43,743 nucleotides of DNA from Macrostomum lignano (Eukaryota): contig NIVC01002568.1 of the NCBI GenBank assembly GCA_002269645.1, positions 1 to 43,743 on the forward strand. The letters are read 5' to 3'. Below, one piece after another: positions 1 to 11,500 of the stretch. The position numbers and the translations under genes are program-made. The notes under the pieces were generated by a model. It did no database searches and had not been told where the DNA came from. It saw nothing but the letters and a program-made list of their open reading frames with translations. The first letter of the stretch is position 1, and the number at the start of each line of letters is the position of its first letter.

Positions 1-1923
1 TGTGGTCCTACCGGGACATGAACTCCTGGTGCGTCTGGAGCGCCAAACTGCAGCTCAACAAGCGCTCAGAGCTCAGCGGAACAAGAGCATCGCCTCCGTG
101 CTCAGCGGAGGCTGGGGCCGACGGGGACGGCGGCAGCGAGCGGCTGCGGTGGCCAGAGGGGTCCTCCAGCCGGTCCTCCCTGCTGTGCTACCCGGAGAAC
201 CTGACTCTGGCAACCTGTACTACTTCATGATGACGCCGACTCTCTGCTATGAGCTCAACTTTCCCAGGCTGATGCGAATTCGGAAGCGATTCTTGGTCAA
301 GCGATGTCTGGAACTCGTGTTCCTGCCGCAGGTAAGCCGGGCAGCAGGTGTCAGCAATGCAGTGTCAGACCACATAAGTCACTCAGTCGCGCAATGTCAG
401 ATCAAATGAGTCAGTGTCACTCAGTGTCAGTCAAGTCAGGCACAATTCTGCAGTCGCTTTCGTAGTGTCAGATTAAATCAGATGAGTCAGGCACAGCTAT
501 GCGCAGTCAGATCAGATGAGTCAGGCACAGCTATGCAGTCAGATCAGATGAGTCAGGCACAGCTATGCAGTCAGATCAGATGAGTCAGGCACAGCTATGC
601 AGTCAGATCAGATGAGTCAGGCACAGCTATGCAGTCAGATCAGATGAGTCAGGCACAGCTATGCAGTCAGATCAGATGAGTCAGTCACAGCTATGCAGTC
701 AGATCAGATGAGTCAGGCACAGCTATGCAGTCAGATCAGATGAGTCAGGCACAGCTATGCAGTCAGATCAGATGCCAGTCACGCAGTGTCAGCAGTCCAG
801 CTACGCCTCGCATCCGCAGGTGATGGCGGGCCTGACGCAGCAGTGGATCATTCCGATCCTGAACAACTCCGTGAAGCCGCTGCAGGCCTCGGAATGGCCG
901 GTGGTGCTGGAGCGGCTGCTGAAGCTGGCCATCCCCAACCACCTCATCTGGCTGATCTTCTTCTACGTGTTCTTCCACTCCGCGCTGAACGTGGCCGGGG
1001 AGCTGACGCTGTTCGGCGACCGCAACTTCTACAAGGACTGGTGGAACAGCGAGAGCGTCACCGAGTTCTGGACGCTCTGGAATGTGCCCGTTCACCGCTT
1101 TGCCAAGCGGCACATCTTCACTCCGCTGATCCACCGCTGGGGCTTCAACAAGCTGCTGGCCTCTGTTGTGGTCTTCGCCGTGTCCGCCTTCTTCACGAGC
1201 TGCTGGTATCCGTGCCGCTGCGCATGTTCCGGCTCTGGGCTTTCCTGGCCATGATTATGCAGGTGCGGCGGACAGGGCTGATCCCTGTGCTGGTCCCAAT
1301 GTGCTGGTCCCACCGATCCCACCGCTGGTCCCAGTGTACTAGTCTCACTGATCCCTGTGCTGGTCCCAGTGTACTAGTCCCACCGATCCCACTGCTGGTC
1401 CCAGTGTACAAGTCCCACTGATCCCTGTATTGGTCCAAGTGTGCTGGTCCCAGTGCTGCTGGTCCCAGTGTGCTGGTCCCAGTGTGCTGGTCCCAGTGTG
1501 CTGGTCCCAGTGTGCTGGTCCCAGTGTGCTGGTCCCAGTGTGCTGGTCCCAGTGTGCTGGTCCCAGTGTGCTGGTACCAGTGTGCTGGTCCCAGTGTGCT
1601 GGTCCCAGTGTGCTGGTCCTACTGATCTCAGTTCTGATCCCAGTGTGCTGGTCCCAGTGTACTAGTCCCACCGATCCCACTGCTGGTCACTCCTGCAGAT
1701 GGGCAGCTGAGCAGGTCACTCCTGCAGATGGGCAGCTGAGCAGGTCACTCCCCACCCGCAGGTTCCGTTCGCCATGTTCGTCAGTCGGGTTCTCCGAGGC
1801 GGTCAGCTCGGCAACATGGCGGTGTGGCTCAGCCTCATCATCGGACAGCCTCTCGCCATCATCATGTACTTTCACGACTACTACGTGAGCCTGCACCAGG
1901 GCAAGGCTGAGGGTGCTGTGTGA
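1..1923 (+). CDS. DGAT1: Diacylglycerol O-acyltransferase 1 (MBOAT family), 5'-truncated by the window edge; exons <1-331, 820-1262, 1762-1923
   Basis: DGAT1 motifs [62 protein letters not shown] and IIGQPLAIIMYFHDYY. GT-AG introns join the exons in frame. Two 1-nt deletions (about 210 and 1194) break the frame in this sequence. Confidence 0.95.
478..772. repeat. 32-bp minisatellite (GTCAGATCAGATGAGTCAGGCACAGCTATGCA)n in a DGAT1 intron
   Basis: Direct tandem copies at 32-bp spacing. Confidence 0.95.
1280..1750. repeat. 14-bp minisatellite (GTGCTGGTCCCAGT)n, followed by two copies of a 29-bp unit, in the last DGAT1 intron
   Basis: Direct tandem copies; boundaries approximate. Confidence 0.9.
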
Positions 1924-2626
1924 GGCACCGGCGCAGCTCATCTGGAGTCTCGTCTGCAAACTCTGGAACTTTTTATTGAAGCAGAAATTTGTCTAATAGG
2001 TACCTTGCTACTCTGCGCTGCATGCTAAGTACTTAACTATTTCAGATTAGATATGCAAGCTTTCTGTTAGTGTTTAGCAAGTTTCACTAGAATCAGTGAG
2101 CCCGCACTTATTGAGCAGCTTTATTGTCCGATCTAATTCTGATTCATTATTTGTTTGAAGCAGCCGTTTTTCTCTTTCTAATTGTGACAATTTTTCTCAA
2201 CCGAGTCCCGCGGACCTTTGCTTGTGCCCTGCGCAGCCCTTGCTGCAGTTGTTGCCCAGCGCGCCCACTGATGCAGCGGGCTCGCACTGCATTGACAATT
2301 GCACGCTGTGCTGGGACCTATTGGGACTTCTGTGTTGAGGCTGGTTGACTTTGCGGTTGACTGCTGCAACTGGCACTGCTATCTGTACTCAATCTAATCA
2401 AATAAACTGTCCGATCGCTGTCTTGTTATTTTTCCTCGCGATTCGAAACTCACTGGGCTGTTTTTTGCCGCTGCCTTGTAAATCATTTTGGTGCGGCAGG
2501 TGGTTTTTGGCTCGGGTTCAGCTTGCTTCCTCAGCTCTGAGTTACTTCTGTTTAAAAACCCTGGGCACCGCGTTATCCATTGACTGTGCAGTCTAAGTAG
2601 GATCTGGCACTTCTGTGCGAGCAACA

Positions 2627-3297
2627 CCCATAGTGGGATCAGCACCTCATAGTGGGATCAGCACCTCATAGTGGGATCAGCACCTCATAGTGGATCAGCA
2701 TCCATAGTGGGATCAGCACCCATAGTGGGATCAGCATCCCATAGTGGGATCAGCACCCATAGTGGGATCAGCACCCATAGTGGGATCAGCACCCCATAGT
2801 GGGATCAGCACCCATAGTGGGATCAGCATCCCATAGTGGGATCAGCACCCATAGTGGGATCAGCACCCCATAGTGGGATCAGCATCCCATAGTGGGATCA
2901 GCACCCCATAGTGGGATCAGCACCCCATAGTGGGATCAGCATCCCATAGTGGGATCAGCACCCATAGTGGGATCAGCACCTCATAGTGGGATCAGCACCC
3001 ATAGTGGGATCAGCACCCCATAGTGGGATCAGCATCCCATAGTGGGATCAGCACCCATAGTGGGATCAGCACCCCATAGTGGGATCAGCACCCCATAGTG
3101 GGATCAGCATCCCATAGTGGGATCAGCATCCCATAGTGGGATCAGCACCCATAGTGGGATCAGCACCCATAGTGGGATCAGCATCCCATAGTGGGATCAG
3201 CACCCATAGTGGGATCAGCATCCCATAGTGGGATCAGCACCTCATAGTGGGATCAGCATCCCATAGTGGGATCAGCACCCCATAGTGGGATCAGCAC
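2627..3297. repeat. 18-19-bp minisatellite (CCCATAGTGGGATCAGCA[C/T])n upstream of the MRPL46 ATG
   Basis: More than 30 tandem units, each with an internal inverted repeat CCCA-TAG-TGGG. Confidence 0.95.
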
Positions 3298-3328
3298 CAG
3301 GATCTGCATCCCAGTCCCCCGCCATCCC

Positions 3329-4664
3329 ATGGCTACATCAGCCGCTGTGGCTGCCCTGTGGCGATCGGGCTCAGCCGCCACTCCGGGCCTCACCCGGTCT
3401 GGCCGGCTGCTCAGCGTTGGCCTGCTCATCCAGCGCAAAGCTGTGCTCACGCCTGACCTCACTGAACTGGAGACTCGAGCCTCGGACCTCTTCACCCGGC
3501 TGGACTTTGAGCGCAGCCGCCTGTCCGACTTTGAGCTGCGCGACCGCGCCGAGTCGGAGGCAGCCAAGCGGAGCCTCAGCGCAGCCGCGGAGGGCAAAGT
3601 CCAGGTGGCCAGGGACGGCGCCGTAATTACCGCCAAGGACCTGATGCAGCGGTGGGCTGCTGAGCAACAGGCAGTCACTCTGGCCTCCAGGTGTGCTGTC
3701 GGTTTCACTTAATGCTTTAATTGTATTGCATAGCCACTCTCGCTACTCACAGTAGCTGTTTGCACAGCTAGGTCAGCTGCAGTCCGTCCTCACTACTCAC
3801 AGTATCAAATAGCTGTTTGCACAGCTAGGTCAGCTGCAGTCCGTCCTCACTACTCACAGTATCAAATAGCTGTTTGCACAGCTAGGTCAGCTGCAGTCCG
3901 CTCTCACTACTCACAGTAGCTGTTTGCACAGCTAGGTCAGCTGCAGTCCGCTCTCACTACTCACAGTAGCTGTTTGCTCAGCTAGGTCAGCTGCAGTCCG
4001 CTCTCACTACTCACAGTAGCTGTTTGCACAGCTAGGTCAGTTGCAGTCCGCTCTCACTACTCACAGTAGCTGTTTGCACAGCTAGGTCAGCTGCAGTCCG
4101 CTCTCACTACTCACAGTAGCTGTTTGCACAGCTAGGTCAGCTGCAGTCCGCTCTCACTACTCACAGTAGCTGTTTGCACAGCTAGGTCAGTTGCAGTCCG
4201 CTCTCACTACTCACAGTAGCTGTTTGCACAGCTAGGTCAGCTGCAGTCCGCTCTCACTACTCACAGTAGCTACTCCGCATTCTCTCCACCACAGGGAGGC
4301 CGCCGACCCCAGCCTGAAGCGGCCAGCCGTGCTGCTCAGCACGGATGCTGACCTCTGCCTCCCCTGCTGCCCAGTTGTTGACGGCGACGCCAGCCTTCGA
4401 GCCGCCTGCGACCGCCTACTGGAGCTGATGGGGCTGACCGCCAGCTGCCGGTTGCTAGGCAACGCGCCAGTCGGCCTGCACACGTACAAGTACAAGAAAT
4501 CCCCAGTTTCCCTGTTCCTGCACCGGGCCATCTTCACCGGTGCCGACTGGCGCAGCGCGGAGGCCTCGGGCAGCTGGAAGTGGGTGGACGCGGACTCGCT
4601 GCCCGGCCGCGTCCCGGACAGGCGGCTGCTGAAGAAGCTGCGGCTGCTGGCTGCCGAGTTTTGA
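3329..4664 (+). CDS. MRPL46: Mitochondrial ribosomal protein mL46 (Nudix-like fold), about 243 aa; exons 3329-3690 and 4295-4664
   Basis: Presequence-like N-terminus. LLIQRKAVLTPDLTELE...ERSRLSDFELR and LLGNAPVGLHTYKY match recalled mL46 motifs. A phase-2 GT-AG intron joins the exons in frame (732 nt total). Confidence 0.85.
3745..4270. repeat. 50-bp minisatellite in the MRPL46 intron
   Basis: Unit CAGTAGCTGTTTGCACAGCTAGGTCAGCTGCAGTCCGCTCTCACTACTCA, about 10 copies. Confidence 0.95.
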
Positions 4665-4930
4665 CTTTTAATTTGTAGCTTCACTGGCAGCAGCCCAGTT
4701 ACTTTGTAGCCTAATGTGTTATCATTGATTGCTAGCTTTTTCTACCCATAAAATGCACCCTACACTGCATTTTCTGCGTGCAGACCTTTGCTGCTAGAAC
4801 AATTTTCTGTTGTTTCGCTTTTTATTTTTTGTTCTTGTTAATTTTCTGCTTTTTGTTCTTAGAATTTAACTTCAATAACTTTTACTCCCTACTAGCAGTA
4901 GTCTGTTCGATCGCTCCGCAGCCTCTTCCT

Positions 4931-6520
4931 ATGCCGCTGCTGCCGCTGCTGTCCTCTGGGCGGCTGGCCCGTCTGACCGCCTCTGGCCGCCGTCTTCTCA
5001 GCTCCACCAGCGGCGGCGCGCAGCCTCCCAAGACCGGCATCCTCATGCTGAACATGGGCGGGCCGGAGACACTGGACGATGTTGGCGACTTTCTGCACCG
5101 CCTGTTCAGTGACGGGGACTTGATCCCGTTGCCCGCACAGTCTCGGCTGTCTAAGTACATCGCCAGGAGGCGCACCCCGGCCATCAGGGAGCAGTACTAC
5201 CGCATTGGCGGCGGCAGCCCAATCCTCAAGTGGACTGAGGCTCAGGTGAGTCCCCGCTCAGGGGACAGTTTTAGCTTTTGTTTAGCTTCAATCTTAGTAT
5301 TCGGTGAGTGGATGCAAATTTTCTAGCGATACTGGCTTGGCATTTCACATATGAGCTTCTGCATGTGTCCAAGTGCGAGACTCGGACTCACGATTGGCCA
5401 GGACCAGTGTCTGAGTTCTCTTTGCCAGCTCAAAGACACACGCGTCAAATTTCTGTTTATCCATCAGTGCGCAACCTTTTGCACACCCTATAAGAGATTC
5501 GCTTCAAATTGTTTCCTTGCTTCTCTTCAGTAGGCGATCTCTCTTATATATCACTGTTCGGGTGCCGATATGTATCGTAAATAACTTTCCAGCATGTCAG
5601 ACTTCGTAGGAGCTGACCAGCCATGAAAGCTGACCATGGGAGAATTATCCCCAAACCCGCAGGGCCGCGCCATGACGGCTCAGCTGGACCGGCTGAGCCC
5701 GGGATCGGCGCCGCATCGCCACTACGTTGGCTTCCGCTACGCCCGGCCGCTGCTGGAGGACGCCGTGGAGGCGATGGAGCGGGACGGCGTGCAGCACGCG
5801 ATCGCCTTCTCACAGTACCCGCAGTACTCCTGCAGCACCAGCGGCAGCTCCTTCAACGCGCTGGCCGCGTACTACCGCAAGCGCAGCGGGGCCAGCAGCA
5901 TTCAGCGCTGGTCGCTCATCGACCGCTGGCCGGCGCACGCTGGCTTCGTGGCCGCCGTGGCCGAGCGGGTTCGGCCAGAGCTGGATAGGCTGGGGCCGGA
6001 GGAACGGGCCCGCTGCGCGCTGCTGTTCTCCGCCCACTCGCTGCCCATGTCGGTGGTGAACCGGGGCGACCCGTACCCGGCTGAGGTGGCCGTCACCGCC
6101 CATATGGTGGCGCAGGCGCTGGGCCCCGGCAGCGTGCCGTACCGGCTGGTCTGGCAGTCCAAGGTGGGTCCGCTGCCCTGGCTGGGCCCCAGCACGGAGG
6201 AGGCCATCCGCGGCCTGGTGAAGCGCGGCCGCGACCAGCTGGTTCTGGTGCCCATCGCCTTCACCAGCGACCACATCGAGACGCTGTACGAGCTGGACGT
6301 CGAATACGCAGGCAAACTGGCCGGCGACCTCGGCGCCCGCGTCCTCCGCTCCGAGGCTCTCAACGACAGTCCGACCTTCGTGTCTGCGCTGGCCGACCTG
6401 GTGCTGCAGCACCTGGCCGAGGGCTGCACCGTCAGCTCGCAGTTCCAGCTGCGCTGCCCGCTGTGCACAAATCCCAGGTGCGCCGCGGCCAGGGAGTTCT
6501 TCGCCCAGCATGGCAACTGA
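4931..6520 (+). CDS. FECH: Mitochondrial ferrochelatase, about 390 aa; exons 4931-5245 and 5663-6520
   Basis: Motifs [66 protein letters not shown] and [16 protein letters not shown]. Animal-type C-terminal [2Fe-2S] ligands CPLCTNPRC are present. Phase-0 GT-AG intron. Confidence 0.97.
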
Positions 6521-7353
6521 CTGGCTGCTGTCTTACCGGTGCTGATCCTCCTTTATTGCGTCTGTTCAGCAATTGTATGTTTTTGTCTTACCGGCTGCAT
6601 TCGGTTGACGATTTTGGTTTACCTGCGACGGCCCACAATGTATAACTGGGGCTGATATTTGCACCGCTTGTTCTTATAGTTAGTTATAGGCAGGTGCATG
6701 CCTTTGGCGCTGACTGCTTCTCCCAGATTCCTTCGCTTTGTTCTGCTTTATTCGGCATTTTCAGCTAGTAAAAATGAATTGTATGGCTGTAACTGTGCAT
6801 TAATTATTAATCATATCGAAATAAACTCGGAGTTGCTGGCGCCTCTGTGAGAGCTCTGCAACTGATCAGCTTTACTACTTGACAGAATATCTAGTGTGGC
6901 TTCCTGGACAATCGTACCTGAGCCAATAATTAATGGAATGCGTTCTCGTTGCTGGGTTAATGTGATTTTTGCTGCGCTATTTGGCAGGTACTTTGTGAAC
7001 TTATTAGAACCCAACAGGCAGACATTATGGCTTATGCGGTCACATGATGCAATTACAGCTACGAATATGCACATGGAAGAGTCAAATGTAGCACCTCTAG
7101 CGAGCGGCGACTTCTCTTAACTCATTCACTCTACACTCGGAGGGGTCTACTATAAAGCTGTCGTAGCGTAAGTTCGATCGTACGTCGGAACTTTTACACT
7201 GCGGAAATAAGAACAATCTTATGTTACGATGGCTTTGTAGAACTGGCCCGGATATTTTAACATGGCACTGAGAGGACTCTTAAACTCCAGATAGTTATCA
7301 TTGCTTCACAATGGACTTCGGTGGGCTGGATTCCGGGACTTCAGAGGGGCCGT

Positions 7354-7722
7354 CTCCCCAGTGCTTCAGTGGACTGGCTCCCCAGTGCTTCAGTGGACTG
7401 GCTCCCCAGTGCTTCAGTGGACTGGCTCCCCAGTGCTTCAGTGGACTGGCTCCCCAGTGCTTCAGTGGACTGGCTCCCCAGTGCTTCAGTGGACTGGCTC
7501 CCCAGTGCTTCAGTGGACTGGCTCCCCAGTGCTTCAGTGGACTGGCTCCCCAGTGCTTCAGTGGACTGGCTCCCCAGTGCTTCAGTGGACTGGCTCCCCA
7601 GTGCTTCAGTGGACTGGCTCCCCAGTGCTTCAGTGGACTGGCTCCCCAGTGCTTCAGTGGACTGGCTCCCCAGTGCTTCAGTGGACTGGCTCCCCAGTGC
7701 TTCAGTGGACTGGCTCCCAAGT
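7354..7722. repeat. 24-bp minisatellite (CCCCAGTGCTTCAGTGGACTGGCT)n
   Basis: About 15 near-perfect intergenic tandem copies. Confidence 0.95.
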
Positions 7723-7844
7723 GCATGTACTAAACTTATTTTTAAAAGGCTCAAAAGATTTTCATGAAACTTGCACCGTTCGATCATAAAGGCACTAGAA
7801 TGTTTCGCAAACAAACTCATTTATTAAATCTGAAGTACTTTTGG

Positions 7845-7889
7845 CAAGGATGACTAAAGTAACGCATATATATACTTAAGTAGTCCTTG
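7845..7889. mobile_element. hAT-type micro-MITE (45 bp)
   Basis: Imperfect TIRs CAAGGATGACTAAAG and CTTAAGTAGTCCTTG. The 8-bp direct repeat ACTTTTGG lies at 7837-7844 and 7890-7897. Confidence 0.75.
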
Positions 7890-8518
7890 ACTTTTGGTTG
7901 GATTAGAAGCCGCAAAGTGAAATATTTATTATTTGATTTTGCTTTAGATTTTAAATATTTATATTTTGCTTTAACTCGATAGATAGAAACTTCTCTTTAG
8001 TTGGTTGGAGCCCTACTATAGCTTGTATTTGTATACACGAGTATTCAGTATTAGTAGTTCTTGAGCAGAAGACAGGCCCCTGCTGAATGTAAGGTTGGTT
8101 GGCTTTACTTCTAAGGCTTTGTCCAGCGAGTCAGGCTGTGGAGAGAGGCGTTCTTTCTGTGTGTACAGTCATTTAGCGCTGGGAAGGCGGGGGACAGGGA
8201 AAAGAATGTACATTGACGCAGGGCAGAGTGTACATTTGTGCACGGGCAAGGGGGTTTCTAGAAAGAGTCGAGGCATTGGGCTTCATTTCTCTCCCCGCGG
8301 GCCAGCAGGGAGAGGCTGACAGGGCTGTGGGTAGGTAGGGCCTGGCTTGTACATTAAACCTATTATAAAAGAAGAAGGCAAGCAACGACAAGAATGAAAA
8401 CGAAAAATGAAAACTGAGGCTTCCGGATTTAGCAGATAATTTGTTTTCTGTTTTACGTTTTAAATTAAAAAGCGAGTCAGAAAGCTGAATAAAACTCTGA
8501 CATCATCGTCTCAAGCAA

Positions 8519-11500
8519 ATGGCCACCGATCTCAGAGACAAACTCAAAAGAAGGCATTCCCCACTGCTCGATGAGTCCGAGCCCAGCGTCAAGTCAGCCG
8601 AGCCCACAGAGAAGCACCTGACGGAGCTGCGGCAGTGGCGCTTCGCCCGCTCCTTGGTGGACGTCTTCCTGAAGGGAGACGGCAGGATGTACCACACAGC
8701 GGATAAGAACCTTTCGGAGGCGCAGAACATGCTGGACCGCTGGCTGCTGTCCTTCCAGCTGGACTACGCTGGCAGCATGGACTCGCGCTACCCGCTGTTT
8801 CCGCAAAGCCTGAGCGAGGAGGACTCGGTGAACCAGAAGCTGATCGACGAGTGCGTGGAGAAGAAGTTCAGCTCGGACAGGGAGAACGCCAGGACCATCT
8901 TTGGTCAGTTGGAGCAGCGACTGCGCAAGTTCCTGAAGGACGATGGCAGGGACGAAGACACGAGCGACCTCCGCATAGAGCTGATTGAGGACAGCGAAGA
9001 TGCAGCTCACGTGACACTGGGCGACTTCAAGTCCAAGCACTGCTGGCGGGTGAAGTTCCTGGTGCGCAACTTCGGACTGCTGCCAGCCACCAGGATGCTG
9101 ATCAGGTACGAGGCGCTGGGCACCGGCAGTCTGCAGTGGGGCGACCCCATCACAGTGCACAATGCACTGCATGACCTCATGGGAGTTCGGTACGAGGGCT
9201 TCGCGTCTCCTCTGAACTCCAAGATGATCGACAAGGCGGACTCCCGCTTCTGCAGCCTCTTCATCGACACTGACGAGGAGTTCGGCAGCATGGGCAGCTT
9301 CTTCAAGGTGGACTTCTCCAAGTGCCACGGCGGATGGACGGTCAACCCGCCATTCATCGAGGAGCTCATGGACCGGGTGGCCACCAAGGTGCTGAACTAC
9401 CTGGACACTGGCGATGAGAACTGCTGGTTCTTCGTCACCTTCCCCAGGTTCGACTGTTGAGAGCGCTCAGCTTTTTGTTCCACCAGCTACCTTTTTAATC
9501 ATACTTAGCAGTCCCGGATCAACTCAGGATTGTCATCAGCCACCGATCCCGGTATTTGAGCCTATTTGGGATCCGCACCAGCCACTGATCCCGGTATTTG
9601 AGCACTCTATTTGGGATCCTCTCCCAGCCACTGATCCCGGTATTTGAGCACTCTATTTGGGATCCTCTCCCAGCCACAGATCCCGGTATTTGAGCACTCT
9701 ATTTGGGATCCGCACCAGCCACTGATCCCGGTATTTAAGCCTATTTGGGATCCTCTCCCAGCCACTGATCCCGGTATTTGAGCACTCTATTTGGGATCCT
9801 CTCCCAGCCACAGATCCCGGTATTTGAGCACTCTATTTGGGATCCTCTCCCAGCCACTGATCCCGGTATTTGAGCACTCTATTTGGGATTGGGATCCTCT
9901 CCCAGCCACTGATCCCGGTATTTGAGCCTATTTGGGATCCTCACCCAGCCACTGATCCCGGTATATGAGCACTCTATTTGGGATTCTGTACAAGCTATGG
10001 ATCCAGAGATACGGGATTTGAGCATTCAAGTCGCGATCCCCTCCCAGCTATTGATCCCGGGATCTGAGCACTTTTTGGGACCATCTGCCGCTCAATACTC
10101 CCAGGATTTGAGAGCCACAATTTTACTGGGATGTCTCTTGGCCTGAAAGGAGCTCTCCTACAACATTAAGCGCAAATTCTGAGGGTATTTACGAGCTAGA
10201 AGTGGAGTGACTCTGTGAAACTGATGCAGTTAAATTACCAGTGTATCTCAGATACTTGATTAAAAATTGCTGTCTGCATTGCACTAGGAATTACCAATTT
10301 ACTCGTATTTACACCTGTACTCGTAGTTTGAGCGACCTGTCTACACAGTACAGCTAAGCAAGTGCGCTTCTAGCTCAGAAATCTCTGAGGTGGCGACCTT
10401 TGCTTAGTTAACATTCATGGCAGATTTCAAAGCATGCCAAAATTCTGTCTATACCCGATCCTCGCTACTCTTAGTAGAGGAATGTGCTGGTCTGCTTCAG
10501 TTTTTCTCCAAGTCGAAGCCTTCTTGCGGCCGAATGAATTTTATTTAGATAGGAATTCGATGATCAAATCGGATTTGATTGCTTCCAACCCACTAAGGGG
10601 ATTTCTTATCTACGTCAGAAACTTTTTTATTTTTCTTACACCTCTAAATTGTATTTTTTCCATCGCCTAAACATCCGCCAGGTGGGATGACACCCCCGGC
10701 TGGGTGCGTCTCAGTGATTCCAAGCGCCGCATCGACCAGATCGAGCTGGACGACGGCGGCTTCACGGTGCAGGACTGCTACGGCCGCATCTTCGTGCCCC
10801 GCAACAACCTCACCATCTTCGTGATGGGGAACCGCCTGCCCGATGATGCCAACCTAAAGGAGATTCGCAAGATGTTCCGCAACCTCAACCGGCACATGGT
10901 GGAGGAGGAGTGGCGGATGACCTGCAGCAAGCAGCTCCGTGTAATCCTCAAGCCCAGCCGGCACAGAGCTGCCAAGACCGACGGCCATGAGACGGGCAAC
11001 ACCGCGGATCTCCGGAACAGACTCAAAAGAAGGCATTCCCCACTGCTTGATGAGTCCGAGCCCAGCGTCAAGTCAGCCGAGCCCACAGAGAAGCACCTGA
11101 CGGAGCTGCGGCAGTGGCGCTTCGCCCGCTCCTTGGTGGACGTCTTCCTGAAGGGAGACGGCAGGATGTACCACACAGCGGATAAGAACCTTTCGGAGGC
11201 GCAGAACATGCTGGACCGCTGGCTGCTGTCCTTCCAGCTGGACTACGCTGGCAGCATGGACTCGCGCTACCCGCTGTTTCCGCAAAGCCTGAGCGAGGAG
11301 GACTCGGTGAACCAGAAGCTGATCGACGAGTGCGTGGAGAAGAAGTTCAGCTCGGACAGGGAGAACGCCAGGACCATCTTTGGTCAGTTGGAGCAGCGAC
11401 TGCGCAAGTTCCTGAAGGACGATGGCAGGGACGAAGACACAAGCGACCTCCGCATAGAGCTGATTGAGGACAGCGAAGATGCAGCTCACGTGACACTGGG

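Noticed and set aside
2627-3297. CRISPR-like array of palindromic repeats (also considered for 7354-7722 and the 9538/12017 arrays)
   Set aside because: The units are contiguous with no unique spacers, there are no cas genes, and the context is eukaryotic and spliced.
6811-7120. Short ORFs between FECH and the PCIF1-like gene, and at 42374-43725, as genes or transposase fragments
   Set aside because: AT-rich, no recognisable motifs or splice structure; cannot be supported without a database search.
7298-7820. Long repetitive ORFs over minisatellites (also 17183-19408, 20522-21497, 22960-25266, 33604-34359)
   Set aside because: These are stop-free by-products of tandem units, open in several frames and on both strands, with no coding signature.
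8594-9328. Long antisense ORFs opposite FECH, the PCIF1-like units, CARMIL and DGAT1
   Set aside because: These are shadow ORFs typical of GC3-rich coding sequence, with no independent homology.
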